From positions 55,095-119,094 of the IMG/VR virus record IMGVR_UViG_3300037826_000058: DNA of 64,000 nt; one strand, 5' to 3'. This document shows positions 47,503 through 55,229 of this stretch, one piece after another. The translations under genes and the position numbers were made by a program. The notes below the pieces were generated by a model, which had not been told where the DNA came from, did not search any database, and was given only the letters and a program-made list of their open reading frames with translations. Position 1 is the first letter of the stretch, and each line of letters starts with the position of its first letter. The DNA comes from a virus.

Positions 47503-48196
47503 ATAACCAATACGCCCAGATGTCTTCTCTACCTGCCTTTTCCCATGTTGCCCCCCATTTTTCTAGGAGGCTCGTCACGTCACCTAGGGTAAAGCCCATC
47601 TGTCTCGTATTAACGTTATGGTGCTCCAAGAGCATCACAGGATGATGCTCCCTGATCGTTTGCTTTCCCCCTCTTAAAACCAATACTTCAGCACCTTCGG
47701 TGTCTATCTTGATGAAATCTGGTGGGGGAACCTCTATATCATCTAATCTTCTTGTCTCTATTTCAACGACCCTCTTTGCCTTAAAACGTAGAGGAGATTG
47801 AGATAGCGTCGCCAGCCCGCTAGCACCGATGTCTTTTGGAACACTCAATCTTGCCTTACCATCTTCATCATATAGAGCAATACAGTATGGTGTTACCCTG
47901 TCTTCTACACCATTGCGCTTTATGTTTTCTAAGAGTATTTCATAGACACTTGGGTTGGGTTCAAATGCAAACACTCTCATCCCAGGATGCAACGTGGTAA
48001 GAAGGCTATAAGAACCTGTGCTAGCCCCCACGTCAACCACTACTGGCTTTTCAAGTGCTACCGTTCTTTGGTAGAACTCTTTCAGGAGACCAGCGTCCCA
48101 AGCTCTTGTCTGGTTGTTTGCCGTGACAAACGACCCACGCACTTGTCTTGTCAATGGATGTACTTTTACTCTATGATTTCCAAAAAGATATGCCAT
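47501..48196 (-). CDS. FkbM-family methyltransferase
   Basis: VVDVGASTG, FAFEPNP, DFIKIDTEGAE. Confidence 0.88.
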   Translation of the reverse strand: MAYLFGNHRVKVHPLTRQVRGSFVTANNQTRAWDAGLLKEFYQRTVALEKPVVVDVGASTGSYSLLTTLHPGMRVFAFEPNPSVYEILLENIKRNGVEDRVTPYCIALYDEDGKARLSVPKDIGASGLATLSQSPLRFKAKRVVEIETRRLDDIEVPPPDFIKIDTEGAEVLVLRGGKQTIREHHPVMLLEHHNVNTRQMGFTLGDVTSLLEKWGATWEKAGREDIWAYWL

Positions 48197-48198
48197 AG

Positions 48199-48270
48199 CG
48201 CCCCCAGCGGGATTTGAACCCGCAACATCGGTTCGACAGACCGACATTTTGCCAATTAAACTATGAGGGC
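48199..48270 (-). tRNA. tRNA-Asp(GTC)
   Basis: Loop CTGTCGA. Confidence 0.88.
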
Positions 48271-48333
48271 TTATCCCCCTCGATGGCATCCCCTACATAC
48301 CCACATTCTCCAACTAGACCACCGAGGGGGCAA

Positions 48334-48417
48334 GAGCGAGGGTCGGATTTGAACCGACGTTAGGCTTTCGCCTCTAGGTTATGAGCCTAGTGGGTTACCA
48401 GACTACCCTACCTCGCT
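48334..48417 (-). tRNA. tRNA-Met(CAT) with long variable arm
   Basis: Loop CTCATAA; AGGC-GAAA-GCCT extra arm. Confidence 0.8.
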
Positions 48418-48496
48418 ATGTACCCCCGTGAAACACGATCATGGTTCTCCGCACAGAAGAGAAGCATGCTCGTCTGTACTGTTTCACAAAGGGTAA

Positions 48497-48570
48497 TGGA
48501 TACGGCGGGATTTGAACCCGCAACCTCTACAGTGCAAATGTAGCGCTCTCCCCAATTGAGCTACGCACCC
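48497..48570 (-). tRNA. tRNA-Ala(TGC)
   Basis: Loop TTTGCAC; G3:U70. Confidence 0.9.
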
Positions 48571-48574
48571 TCAG

Positions 48575-48649
48575 TCGGGGAAGTGGGATTTGAACCCACG
48601 ATCTCGGCATCCCAAATGCCGCGTCCATTCCTGACTGGACTATTCCCCG
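48575..48649 (-). tRNA. tRNA-Pro(TGG)
   Basis: Loop TTTGGGA. Confidence 0.9.
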
Positions 48650-48758
48650 GTGCTGTCTATCGCTAGACAGCTGGGGTGATGTCTTGCCCCATCACCCCAG
48701 TAAGAAAGGACTTTTACCAGGTGTGCTAGAGGTGAAGAATTTGGTGGGCAAGCACCAA

Positions 48759-48833
48759 TAGGCCGAGCAGGATTTGAACCTGCGAATTACCACCTTATCG
48801 GAGTGGTGCCTTACCAGACTTGGCTATCGGCCT
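48759..48833 (-). tRNA. tRNA-Ile(GAT)
   Basis: Loop CCGATAA. Confidence 0.85.
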
Positions 48834-48836
48834 CTG

Positions 48837-48918
48837 TGGAGGTGGCGGGACTCGAACCCGCGTCCCCACCAGTGCCCTTCGGCTTCAAGGTGGGTCGATT
48901 TCCCTTTTCGACACCCCC
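48837..48918 (-). ncRNA. Mini-tmRNA: tRNA-like domain only, no tag reading frame
   Basis: GGGGGTG..TCGAC-CCACC..GGTGG-GGAC-GCGGGTTCGAGTCCCGC-CACCTCC-A; G3:U70. Confidence 0.75.
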
Positions 48919-48985
48919 GTGACTGTTCCCTCGCAAGGGCGAGGGCTTTTAGGGCTTTTGCCCACGGACGCCAGTCCACGTCCCC
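48919..48985 (-). ncRNA. Orphan TnpB right-end/omega-RNA scaffold-like segment
   Basis: Colinear with the tnpB right end at 32122-32189; both end in AGTCAC. Confidence 0.7.
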
Positions 48986-48987
48986 AG

Positions 48988-49060
48988 AGCGGAAGATGAG
49001 ATTTGAACTCACAACCTCCTGCTTGGCAAGCAGGCGTTCTACCAATTGAACTACTCCCGC
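48988..49060 (-). tRNA. tRNA-Gly(GCC)
   Basis: Loop TTGCCAA. Confidence 0.9.
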
Positions 49061-49064
49061 GAGG

Positions 49065-49138
49065 CACGCTAGGCAGGAATCGAACCCGCAACATACGGTT
49101 TTGGAGACCGCCGCTCTCCCTAATTGAGCTACTAGCGT
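49065..49138 (-). tRNA. tRNA-Trp(CCA)
   Basis: Loop CTCCAAA. Confidence 0.9.
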
Positions 49139-49281
49139 GCGTTGGGGCTGAAGCCTATCTCATTCAGCCCCAAGTGCGTCACCTTTTTACACTATGGGCC
49201 TCATTAATCCCATACCCCCGTCGCTTGGCCCTAACTTAGAGGATATAGCAGGAAACAATAGGCTTTTCCTGCCTTGGGGAA

Positions 49282-49354
49282 TGGATTTGGCGGGACTCGA
49301 ACCCACGACCTCCACAATGCCATTGTGGCGCTCTCCCAACTGAGCTACAAACCC
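49282..49354 (-). tRNA. tRNA-Ala(GGC)
   Basis: Loop ATGGCAT; G3:U70. Confidence 0.9.
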
Positions 49355-49394
49355 ACGCTATAAGTTGTTAAAGTTCCTTGCTCAACTAACAGCA

Positions 49395-49423
49395 ATTATA
49401 TCACGATTGGGCCGGTTTGTCAA
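49395..49423 (-). promoter_or_regulatory. Sigma70-type promoter for the tRNA array
   Basis: TTGACA-17-TATAAT. Confidence 0.85.
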
Positions 49424-49451
49424 GCGATTCGTCACTAGAAAACTCTTAAAA

Positions 49452-49524
49452 CTGACGGGGTGGGGGTCGAACCCACGACCTCCTGATTAACAGTCAGGCG
49501 CTCTACCAGCTGAGCTACCCGCCA
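49452..49524 (-). tRNA. tRNA-Asn(GTT)
   Basis: Loop CTGTTAA. Confidence 0.9.
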
Positions 49525-49535
49525 AAATACGCACG

Positions 49536-49967
49536 TTACGCCAGAAGAATAATGAACAACCGACTTGCTGACCCCATCGCTACCGCCCATCCCAAAGGTA
49601 CGTGGGGGGCAAACCCTATGACTTGATGACCCCAAGCATATGTCAGAATGGTCACCACCAAGCCGGCGACCATCCCGCATGTTGCTCCTACATTACGAGA
49701 AAGGCTATCTCTGGGCTTTTCCTCCAAGAACCAAACAATTAAAAAGAGGATAATCAGCGCCAGTAAAGAACCAGTTGAAATGGCGACAAGCGAAATGAAA
49801 ACCTCGTATATTATGCTTGTCAGAAAGACCGACAAGAAAATACGTCCCGTCATTCCCATCTCTATATACTGTGGTTCGATGGGGTTAATGGTCACCGATG
49901 GTACAGCTAGTACGGCAACGCATAGTATGACCGCAACCACCAAGAAGCTAGCTAAAACCTTAAGCAC
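49536..49967 (-). CDS. Multi-pass membrane protein
   Basis: About four TM helices; GGAGG RBS; paralog of the next gene. Confidence 0.7.
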   Translation of the reverse strand: MLKVLASFLVVAVILCVAVLAVPSVTINPIEPQYIEMGMTGRIFLSVFLTSIIYEVFISLVAISTGSLLALIILFLIVWFLEEKPRDSLSRNVGATCGMVAGLVVTILTYAWGHQVIGFAPHVPLGWAVAMGSASRLFIILLA

Positions 49968-50397
49968 CTTTTTCCTCCACGTTTATACTCGCACTAAAAC
50001 CAAACAATATGCTTAAAACAGAACTTGCCAGAGATATTAGCACAGAGTTAACCCAACCCAGTTTGGGATAGAACGACACAAGCAACGGTAGAGTATTGTA
50101 CAGCACAATGTTAGCAAAGAAACCTGATGCAATAGCACTGACAATGACCAACACCAGAACCCCCTGAGCATCCTCAGCCAAAATTATGAACACGGAAGTT
50201 ATGGCCATGACTGTCCCCAAGGCAATGATGACGTTAAAGATAGTATGTATCACTGCCGAACCTACCAGACTTACCCAAAATTCCCCTTGGGAAGACATGC
50301 CCCTATAGTCATGGGGCGAGAACTCTACCCCAGGAAGCCAAGTCACTGCGACGGCCATCAAGGCGATGGTCACAACTATGCTTAGAAGCATTTTCAT
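49960..50397 (-). CDS. Multi-pass membrane protein
   Basis: About four TM helices; AAGGAG RBS. Confidence 0.7.
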   Translation of the reverse strand: MKMLLSIVVTIALMAVAVTWLPGVEFSPHDYRGMSSQGEFWVSLVGSAVIHTIFNVIIALGTVMAITSVFIILAEDAQGVLVLVIVSAIASGFFANIVLYNTLPLLVSFYPKLGWVNSVLISLASSVLSILFGFSASINVEEKGA

Positions 50398-50434
50398 TTG
50401 TCTCTCCTTTAATTACTATCCTCAACCACAAGCA

Positions 50435-50463
50435 ATTATATCACAATTGTTTCGCCCTGTCAA
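50435..50463 (-). promoter_or_regulatory. Sigma70-type promoter
   Basis: TTGACA-17-TATAAT. Confidence 0.85.
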
Positions 50464-50496
50464 GGGGGTTTAGACTAGAAAAAGCCTAGAAAAAAC

Positions 50497-50527
50497 AAAA
50501 AAGCGGTGTGAGTTTCCCCACACCGCT
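50497..50527 (-). terminator. Rho-independent terminator
   Basis: AGCGGTGTG-GGGAAACT-CACACCGCT-TTTT. Confidence 0.75.
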
Positions 50528-50655
50528 CTGCTTAATGTTAATGTGCTATTACATAGGTGGCGGTGTGTTGGCGTGGGGCCAGCTTTGGTGATAAGTTTTG
50601 ACAAATATTGTCGAGTTTAACATATCTCTAAGATACAAAGAGTATACAACAACTG

Positions 50656-50943
50656 TCAAGCATTTAATCCGTCTGGCAAGCCGACGAAGGCTATAGAGGC
50701 ATCATAGATGATACGTGCTCTTTCTACATCAGGTTGGTTGCGGGGTATATCAGCTATTTCCCATTCAGCCATCCATCTGCTCATCAATCTTCTGTACACC
50801 TTCCCGTTTCGATAGGTTATCTCCAACAATACGCTCTCCCCATGCCAATCGTGCTTGCTGGTTTCATCGGTTCCTTCTTGTATCTCTTCACCGATTTCTT
50901 CTAGTCGCTTTTCCGCATCTTCCGCCGGAACTTCCTTTCTCAT
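50656..50943 (-). CDS. Hypothetical protein
   Basis: ATGA coupling. Confidence 0.55.
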   Translation of the reverse strand: MRKEVPAEDAEKRLEEIGEEIQEGTDETSKHDWHGESVLLEITYRNGKVYRRLMSRWMAEWEIADIPRNQPDVERARIIYDASIAFVGLPDGLNA

Positions 50944-51530
50944 GATTCCCTCACAAATGTTATATTTTCCTCTTGACCATGTGATTGTCTTCTTCGGCTT
51001 TCTATCTCAAACCCATGCCGTTCCATCCATGCAACTACAACTGATGCTTGGGGTTGTCCCTCATAGACACAGTGAGAAACAGTGGTGACTTCTAGAGTTG
51101 CTTTCTGAATGCGATCTATCAATCGACCCGCAGATTGTACCACTTGCAAGTCGAGACCCTGAGCATCAACCTTAAGGTAATCAACTTTCTCAATGCGTAC
51201 CTGTTCCATAAACGTGTCAAGACGAATTGAGGGCACCAAGACACGTTTAACCTGATGCAGTTTATCCCCACCAATCCATTGGCTTACCCCCCTTCGGCTC
51301 AGAGGAAGCACACTACTACTTGCCTCATATGCGTTGACATAGAACGGCACCACACCATTGGTCAACGTCACGGCGCATGGTAAAACGATGTAGTTTTTGC
51401 GTTGACTCGCAATCTGATTGGCAAAATGTATAAGTGGTTCAAAGGCATACACTATGCTGTCAGGGTTCCTTGCAGCGTGTGGCAATGATTTTTGCCCTCT
51501 ATGAGCACCTACATCAATCCATACTTCCAT
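50940..51530 (-). CDS. FkbM-family methyltransferase
   Basis: IDVGAHRG, YAFEP, YLKVDAQGLD. Confidence 0.87.
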   Translation of the reverse strand: MEVWIDVGAHRGQKSLPHAARNPDSIVYAFEPLIHFANQIASQRKNYIVLPCAVTLTNGVVPFYVNAYEASSSVLPLSRRGVSQWIGGDKLHQVKRVLVPSIRLDTFMEQVRIEKVDYLKVDAQGLDLQVVQSAGRLIDRIQKATLEVTTVSHCVYEGQPQASVVVAWMERHGFEIESRRRQSHGQEENITFVRES

Positions 51531-51744
51531 CTCCCTGCTCCTTAGCATCTACCCTGAAATCTATTGGCGGCAAGACTTCCATCTGTCCCAATTGCCCCGC
51601 CTTGACAGCCCGTTTACCGTGCAACGCAATTACCATAGTTCCATACCCAGTTGTCTTGTTATCCAGGTATTCCATTAGCGAACCATATCTGTCCAACCAA
51701 TCTAAGACCTTTACAATCTTAATATCTCTTTGCTTCCTATTCAT
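51514..51744 (-). CDS. Small protein (weak DUF2292/YezD-like GYG.MVI.LHG motif)
   Basis: GGAGG RBS; motif resemblance only. Confidence 0.5.
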   Translation of the reverse strand: MNRKQRDIKIVKVLDWLDRYGSLMEYLDNKTTGYGTMVIALHGKRAVKAGQLGQMEVLPPIDFRVDAKEQGDGSMD

Positions 51745-52466
51745 TTTGCCTCCATCTTATACGTAGCATGGGCTACTCCAGCCAAGGGCTTACCCAACTT
51801 AGCGAACAAGGAACGATTGTGGTGTACCTCTTGCTTTCCCTCTTCCTCTCTGTTATAGTCTCTAGGATGGTTTTGATGCACAGCCAATACAACCTCAGTC
51901 ATATCAATAACCGGCACATCATTCTTAATAGCGGTCGCCACTAGCCAATTATCGTATGCGTATCGCCCTAAATAAAACCATGGTATCTCATCCCAAATGT
52001 GCCCCTTGACAACAAAATAGTCAATGCCCCAATGTTGATGTAAGCGTCCGTGGTTCTTGACACGAACCCAAAGGCGGTCTTCCCAACCATCACTGAAATC
52101 AACACGCTCTTTGATATTCATGTCAGTTCGCTGACCAATACCTAGACAGCAGTCGTACTTTCGATAGCATTCCTTAGCAGACCTGTAAAAACTAGGAAAC
52201 AGAATGATGTCTGAGTTGATAAAGACAAACTTATCCTCACTGTCTTTTTCAGCTGTCTTAAATATTGACGGAACCAGGGGAGTACCAATCGAGTTCGTCT
52301 CGACCTGCAAGCACCGCAACCCATGCTCACTCGCAAACTCTAACACGCTATCATCGTCACCCATTAACACAACTTCTACCGGTAGTTGCATCCAGCTCAT
52401 AATTGCGTTGTATTGAGTATCCTTGAAAAGACCCTCAAATGGGCGCGGGTATGTATAAATCCTCAC
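51741..52466 (-). CDS. Glycosyltransferase-like protein (GT-A)
   Basis: GTPLV, FINSDII, GIDYF, DNW, HQNH. Confidence 0.7.
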   Translation of the reverse strand: MRIYTYPRPFEGLFKDTQYNAIMSWMQLPVEVVLMGDDDSVLEFASEHGLRCLQVETNSIGTPLVPSIFKTAEKDSEDKFVFINSDIILFPSFYRSAKECYRKYDCCLGIGQRTDMNIKERVDFSDGWEDRLWVRVKNHGRLHQHWGIDYFVVKGHIWDEIPWFYLGRYAYDNWLVATAIKNDVPVIDMTEVVLAVHQNHPRDYNREEEGKQEVHHNRSLFAKLGKPLAGVAHATYKMEAK

Positions 52467-52467
52467 G

Positions 52468-52632
52468 TTAATCTCCTCCTATAACTACAGATATTCCTCG
52501 CCCTCCTTGAGAGGGATTAGGTGTCGGTGTCGGTGCAACTTGTGTTGACGGTAGCATTGACCAAGGGCTATAGTTGTATTCGCCCCTGCGGTACTCGAAG
52601 TGCAGGTGGGGATTTACTGAAGCCCCCTGTTT
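52468..52632 (-). pseudogene. Orphan duplicate 3' end of the M23 peptidase gene
   Basis: KQGASVNPHLHFEYRRGEYNYSPWSML versus KQGASVNPHLHFEYRKGEYNYSPWLML. Confidence 0.75.
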
Positions 52633-52810
52633 ACTGGGCCCCTCCCCATCGGAAAATGTCAAGCGCAATCAAACCCAGATTGGAACAGAACCCACGCCTC
52701 GATAGTGACCTTACACACCCCCACCGCTCAGACCACTTCATCTTGCGGTGAGTGAGTAGCCCAATCAACACCTCCCATTCCCCCACGCGAAAATGCCAAA
52801 CGTGCTTCAT
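52631..52810 (-). CDS. Small hypothetical protein
   Basis: Purine-rich RBS before MKHVWHF. Confidence 0.35.
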   Translation of the reverse strand: MKHVWHFRVGEWEVLIGLLTHRKMKWSERWGCVRSLSRRGFCSNLGLIALDIFRWGGAQ

Positions 52811-52857
52811 CCTAGTTTTGTCCCCCACCGTCTCCCTCCCTGCTGCAACAATTCTGT

Positions 52858-53595
52858 TTACTGAATTCTCTCGAACTCCACAACCCACACCCAGGGATTG
52901 TCTGCCCAACTTAACCCTGGGCTGGCATTGATGGAATTCCAAAGGCGCTTAAATCCGTCAATATAGTCAACAGTCATCGCGGTTCCCCACCCCTTGACCA
53001 TATGCCTCAACTGGGCCTCGGTCTGATACATTGGGCATTTACGCCAGTCAACACCCTCGGCTATAGCATCCTGCTTGCTAATCTCTTGTATCCGCTCTAC
53101 CCCCACGCTCGTGATCTCTAGCGTGAGGCGAGAAAATTCTCTGGGCATAAAAATCGAAGGCTTGAAACCTACCGTCTTCAATACTGCAAGATCGCGCTCA
53201 CACTTCACCCAACGAAGTGTGTCGTCTACCCTATATCGCACACGGAACTCTTTTAGCCCTGGCAACTGTGATCCATACGAACACAATTGCCACGCTTCCC
53301 GCACCCACAGCCGGTCGCCAGGGACGCCGTAGGGGCACGGGTCTTTGTACGGAGTCCGGGCCAATGCTGCTTGAAATTTGTTCTCGTCTGGGAATTCAGG
53401 CGCGGGCCAATTCTGACCTCCTATACCATCCTCGTTGTAGGTGTGAACGTACCCGCCTGGGTAAAACGTAGCCCACGGGAATATTATCTTCCCGCCTGAA
53501 ACATCTGGTTGCGGCGTAATCACCCGCCGCGTTTGCGTTTTTCTTCCGCCCAAAATGGCGCGAACGCTAAACGAGTTCATCAAAATTGGTTTCAT
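52858..53595 (-). CDS. ASCH/PUA-like phage protein
   Basis: MKPIL..VRAILGGRKTQTRR, GDRLWVREAW, PSIFMPR..SRLTLEI, NPWVWVVEF. Confidence 0.8.
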   Translation of the reverse strand: MKPILMNSFSVRAILGGRKTQTRRVITPQPDVSGGKIIFPWATFYPGGYVHTYNEDGIGGQNWPAPEFPDENKFQAALARTPYKDPCPYGVPGDRLWVREAWQLCSYGSQLPGLKEFRVRYRVDDTLRWVKCERDLAVLKTVGFKPSIFMPREFSRLTLEITSVGVERIQEISKQDAIAEGVDWRKCPMYQTEAQLRHMVKGWGTAMTVDYIDGFKRLWNSINASPGLSWADNPWVWVVEFERIQ

Positions 53596-53666
53596 TCTTG
53601 CCTCCAGTGCGAATAACGTGCATTACGTGCGCTGCGGTCGTCTGGGCCCGTTCGGGTTTTCATTTG

Positions 53667-54257
53667 TCACTGGGTAACTACAGACCCGCTACCGCTAGAG
53701 GGCTTCTCCGGCGCCTCTTCTCTGTCTTCCGGTTTATCCAACATCAACCACGGGCTGTAATTGTATTCGCCCTTTCGGTACTCAAAATGAAGATGCGGAT
53801 TTACAGAAGCGCCTTGTTTCCCTAACCTGTTATCAACTGTGGCTATAACTTGACCCTTTTGCACATATTCCCCACAACTTACATGCACCTCGCCTAAATG
53901 TGCATAGTAAGTCTGGCGGTGCCCGTGGTTTACAACTATTAAGTTACCATAACCCCACGTGCTGTACCCGGCCCAGTTGACCATGCCGCTGTCAACGGCA
54001 TATACAGGGTCACCGTTATTTACGATGATGTCAATTGCAGGGTGACTCCCGCTAAAGCCTCGCACATCGAGGACACGGCTGTCAGTGGGCCATACCCAGT
54101 TTCCGCTCCCACAACACCCCCAGCGCTGACGACACACGCCAGTGTCCCCCTCACACAGGTTACTGTATGGGTCAACATAGCGGTATGGTGGCCCACCCGA
54201 AAATCCTAATCCTAATAACAATAACACCAGCATCAAAAAGAGCAATGTCTTTTTCAC
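53667..54257 (-). CDS. M23 family peptidase with signal peptide (candidate lysin)
   Basis: HPAID, YAHL, PHLHFE. Confidence 0.9.
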   Translation of the reverse strand: MKKTLLFLMLVLLLLGLGFSGGPPYRYVDPYSNLCEGDTGVCRQRWGCCGSGNWVWPTDSRVLDVRGFSGSHPAIDIIVNNGDPVYAVDSGMVNWAGYSTWGYGNLIVVNHGHRQTYYAHLGEVHVSCGEYVQKGQVIATVDNRLGKQGASVNPHLHFEYRKGEYNYSPWLMLDKPEDREEAPEKPSSGSGSVVTQ

Positions 54258-54266
54258 AAAAACCCC

Positions 54267-55214
54267 CTAGGTCAAGGGCAGGGTGTCTACAATTTCTTGT
54301 TGCTGTTTCAACCCTGCTGATAGAGTGCCAGATAATCTTATCACGTTTTCTTCTACCTCTTCTTGTTCAAGTGACAGTAATCCCCAATCTGATTCATTTC
54401 TTATCCTTCCATCGAAAACCCCCTCTAGAAAATCGTCACAGTTGTAAATATTTGATAACTTGGGCAACTCATTAGCGAACGATTTATTGTTGACCCACAA
54501 ATCATTGTGCTCTAAATGATAAACCCGATGGTTCCTATCAAAAACCCTTTGGTCTAACCCCAACCCCTTAGCGCGAATTAACCCCAGGCTATCAATGTGA
54601 ATTGACCAGATGGGCCATTCCATATACCCCCGCATTTCTTGCCAGTTTCCCTTCGTCATTAACGTAAAATCCCCGCAGGCGTTCGTGTGCAAACGATCTG
54701 GAGGAGCGTTCATTACCCTGATGATATTCATTCGGCACAACAGGGTTTGCTCATTAATGTTTATAGGCGGTAACTTACGTAACGATGTGTCGAATCTGAT
54801 GGCGCGGTAAAATGCATCCCTGTCTAACATATCCTCATGACAGGCAAGACGATGTGCTAAATTGTCGTTGAATACGACATCAATGTTGGTTGCCAGAACC
54901 CAATCACCACGCGCTTGGCGGATGCCAACATTCTTTCCAATCATCTGGTACAATGGGATAATATTGCTGTGTAGATATTGATTGTGAACGCTGGGGGGCA
55001 CAACCACGAATCGCATGGGCATATCATACACATTAGAAAATATCTCATGCAATTTGAGGCGCTTTTCTGGTGGGTTCCAGTCTACCACTACCACTTCCAT
55101 ATCCCAATCGTATTTTCGATAATACGCATCGAAAGCGGTAAAACAAGCTGACATACGATCTAGTAGCCCACCCCCATGATCATCATTCCTAGAAACAACT
55201 ACTATACTTAACAT
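54267..55214 (-). CDS. Glycosyltransferase-like protein (GT-A)
   Basis: SRNDDHGG, VVDWNP, KNVGIRQARGDWVLATNID. Confidence 0.72.
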   Translation of the reverse strand: MLSIVVVSRNDDHGGGLLDRMSACFTAFDAYYRKYDWDMEVVVVDWNPPEKRLKLHEIFSNVYDMPMRFVVVPPSVHNQYLHSNIIPLYQMIGKNVGIRQARGDWVLATNIDVVFNDNLAHRLACHEDMLDRDAFYRAIRFDTSLRKLPPININEQTLLCRMNIIRVMNAPPDRLHTNACGDFTLMTKGNWQEMRGYMEWPIWSIHIDSLGLIRAKGLGLDQRVFDRNHRVYHLEHNDLWVNNKSFANELPKLSNIYNCDDFLEGVFDGRIRNESDWGLLSLEQEEVEENVIRLSGTLSAGLKQQQEIVDTLPLT

Positions 55215-55229
55215 TCTTCTTTCCCTCAA

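Noticed and set aside
48429-48487. parS site (GTGAAACA / TGTTTCAC halves)
   Set aside because: The half-sites are in reverse order and ~43 nt apart, which is better explained as an RNA stem.
39625-49524. Stop-codon reassignment or suppressor tRNAs
   Set aside because: No CTA, TTA or TCA anticodon was found, and genes end normally in all three stops with dense coding under the standard code.
39372-49680. Small ORFs spanning tRNA genes (e.g. 39701-39898, 43914-44150, 48824-49045)
   Set aside because: They translate tRNA sequence and have no RBS or protein motifs.
52552-53819. Diversity-generating retroelement TR/VR pair
   Set aside because: Differences are mostly synonymous and not adenine-specific, and there is no reverse transcriptase in the window.
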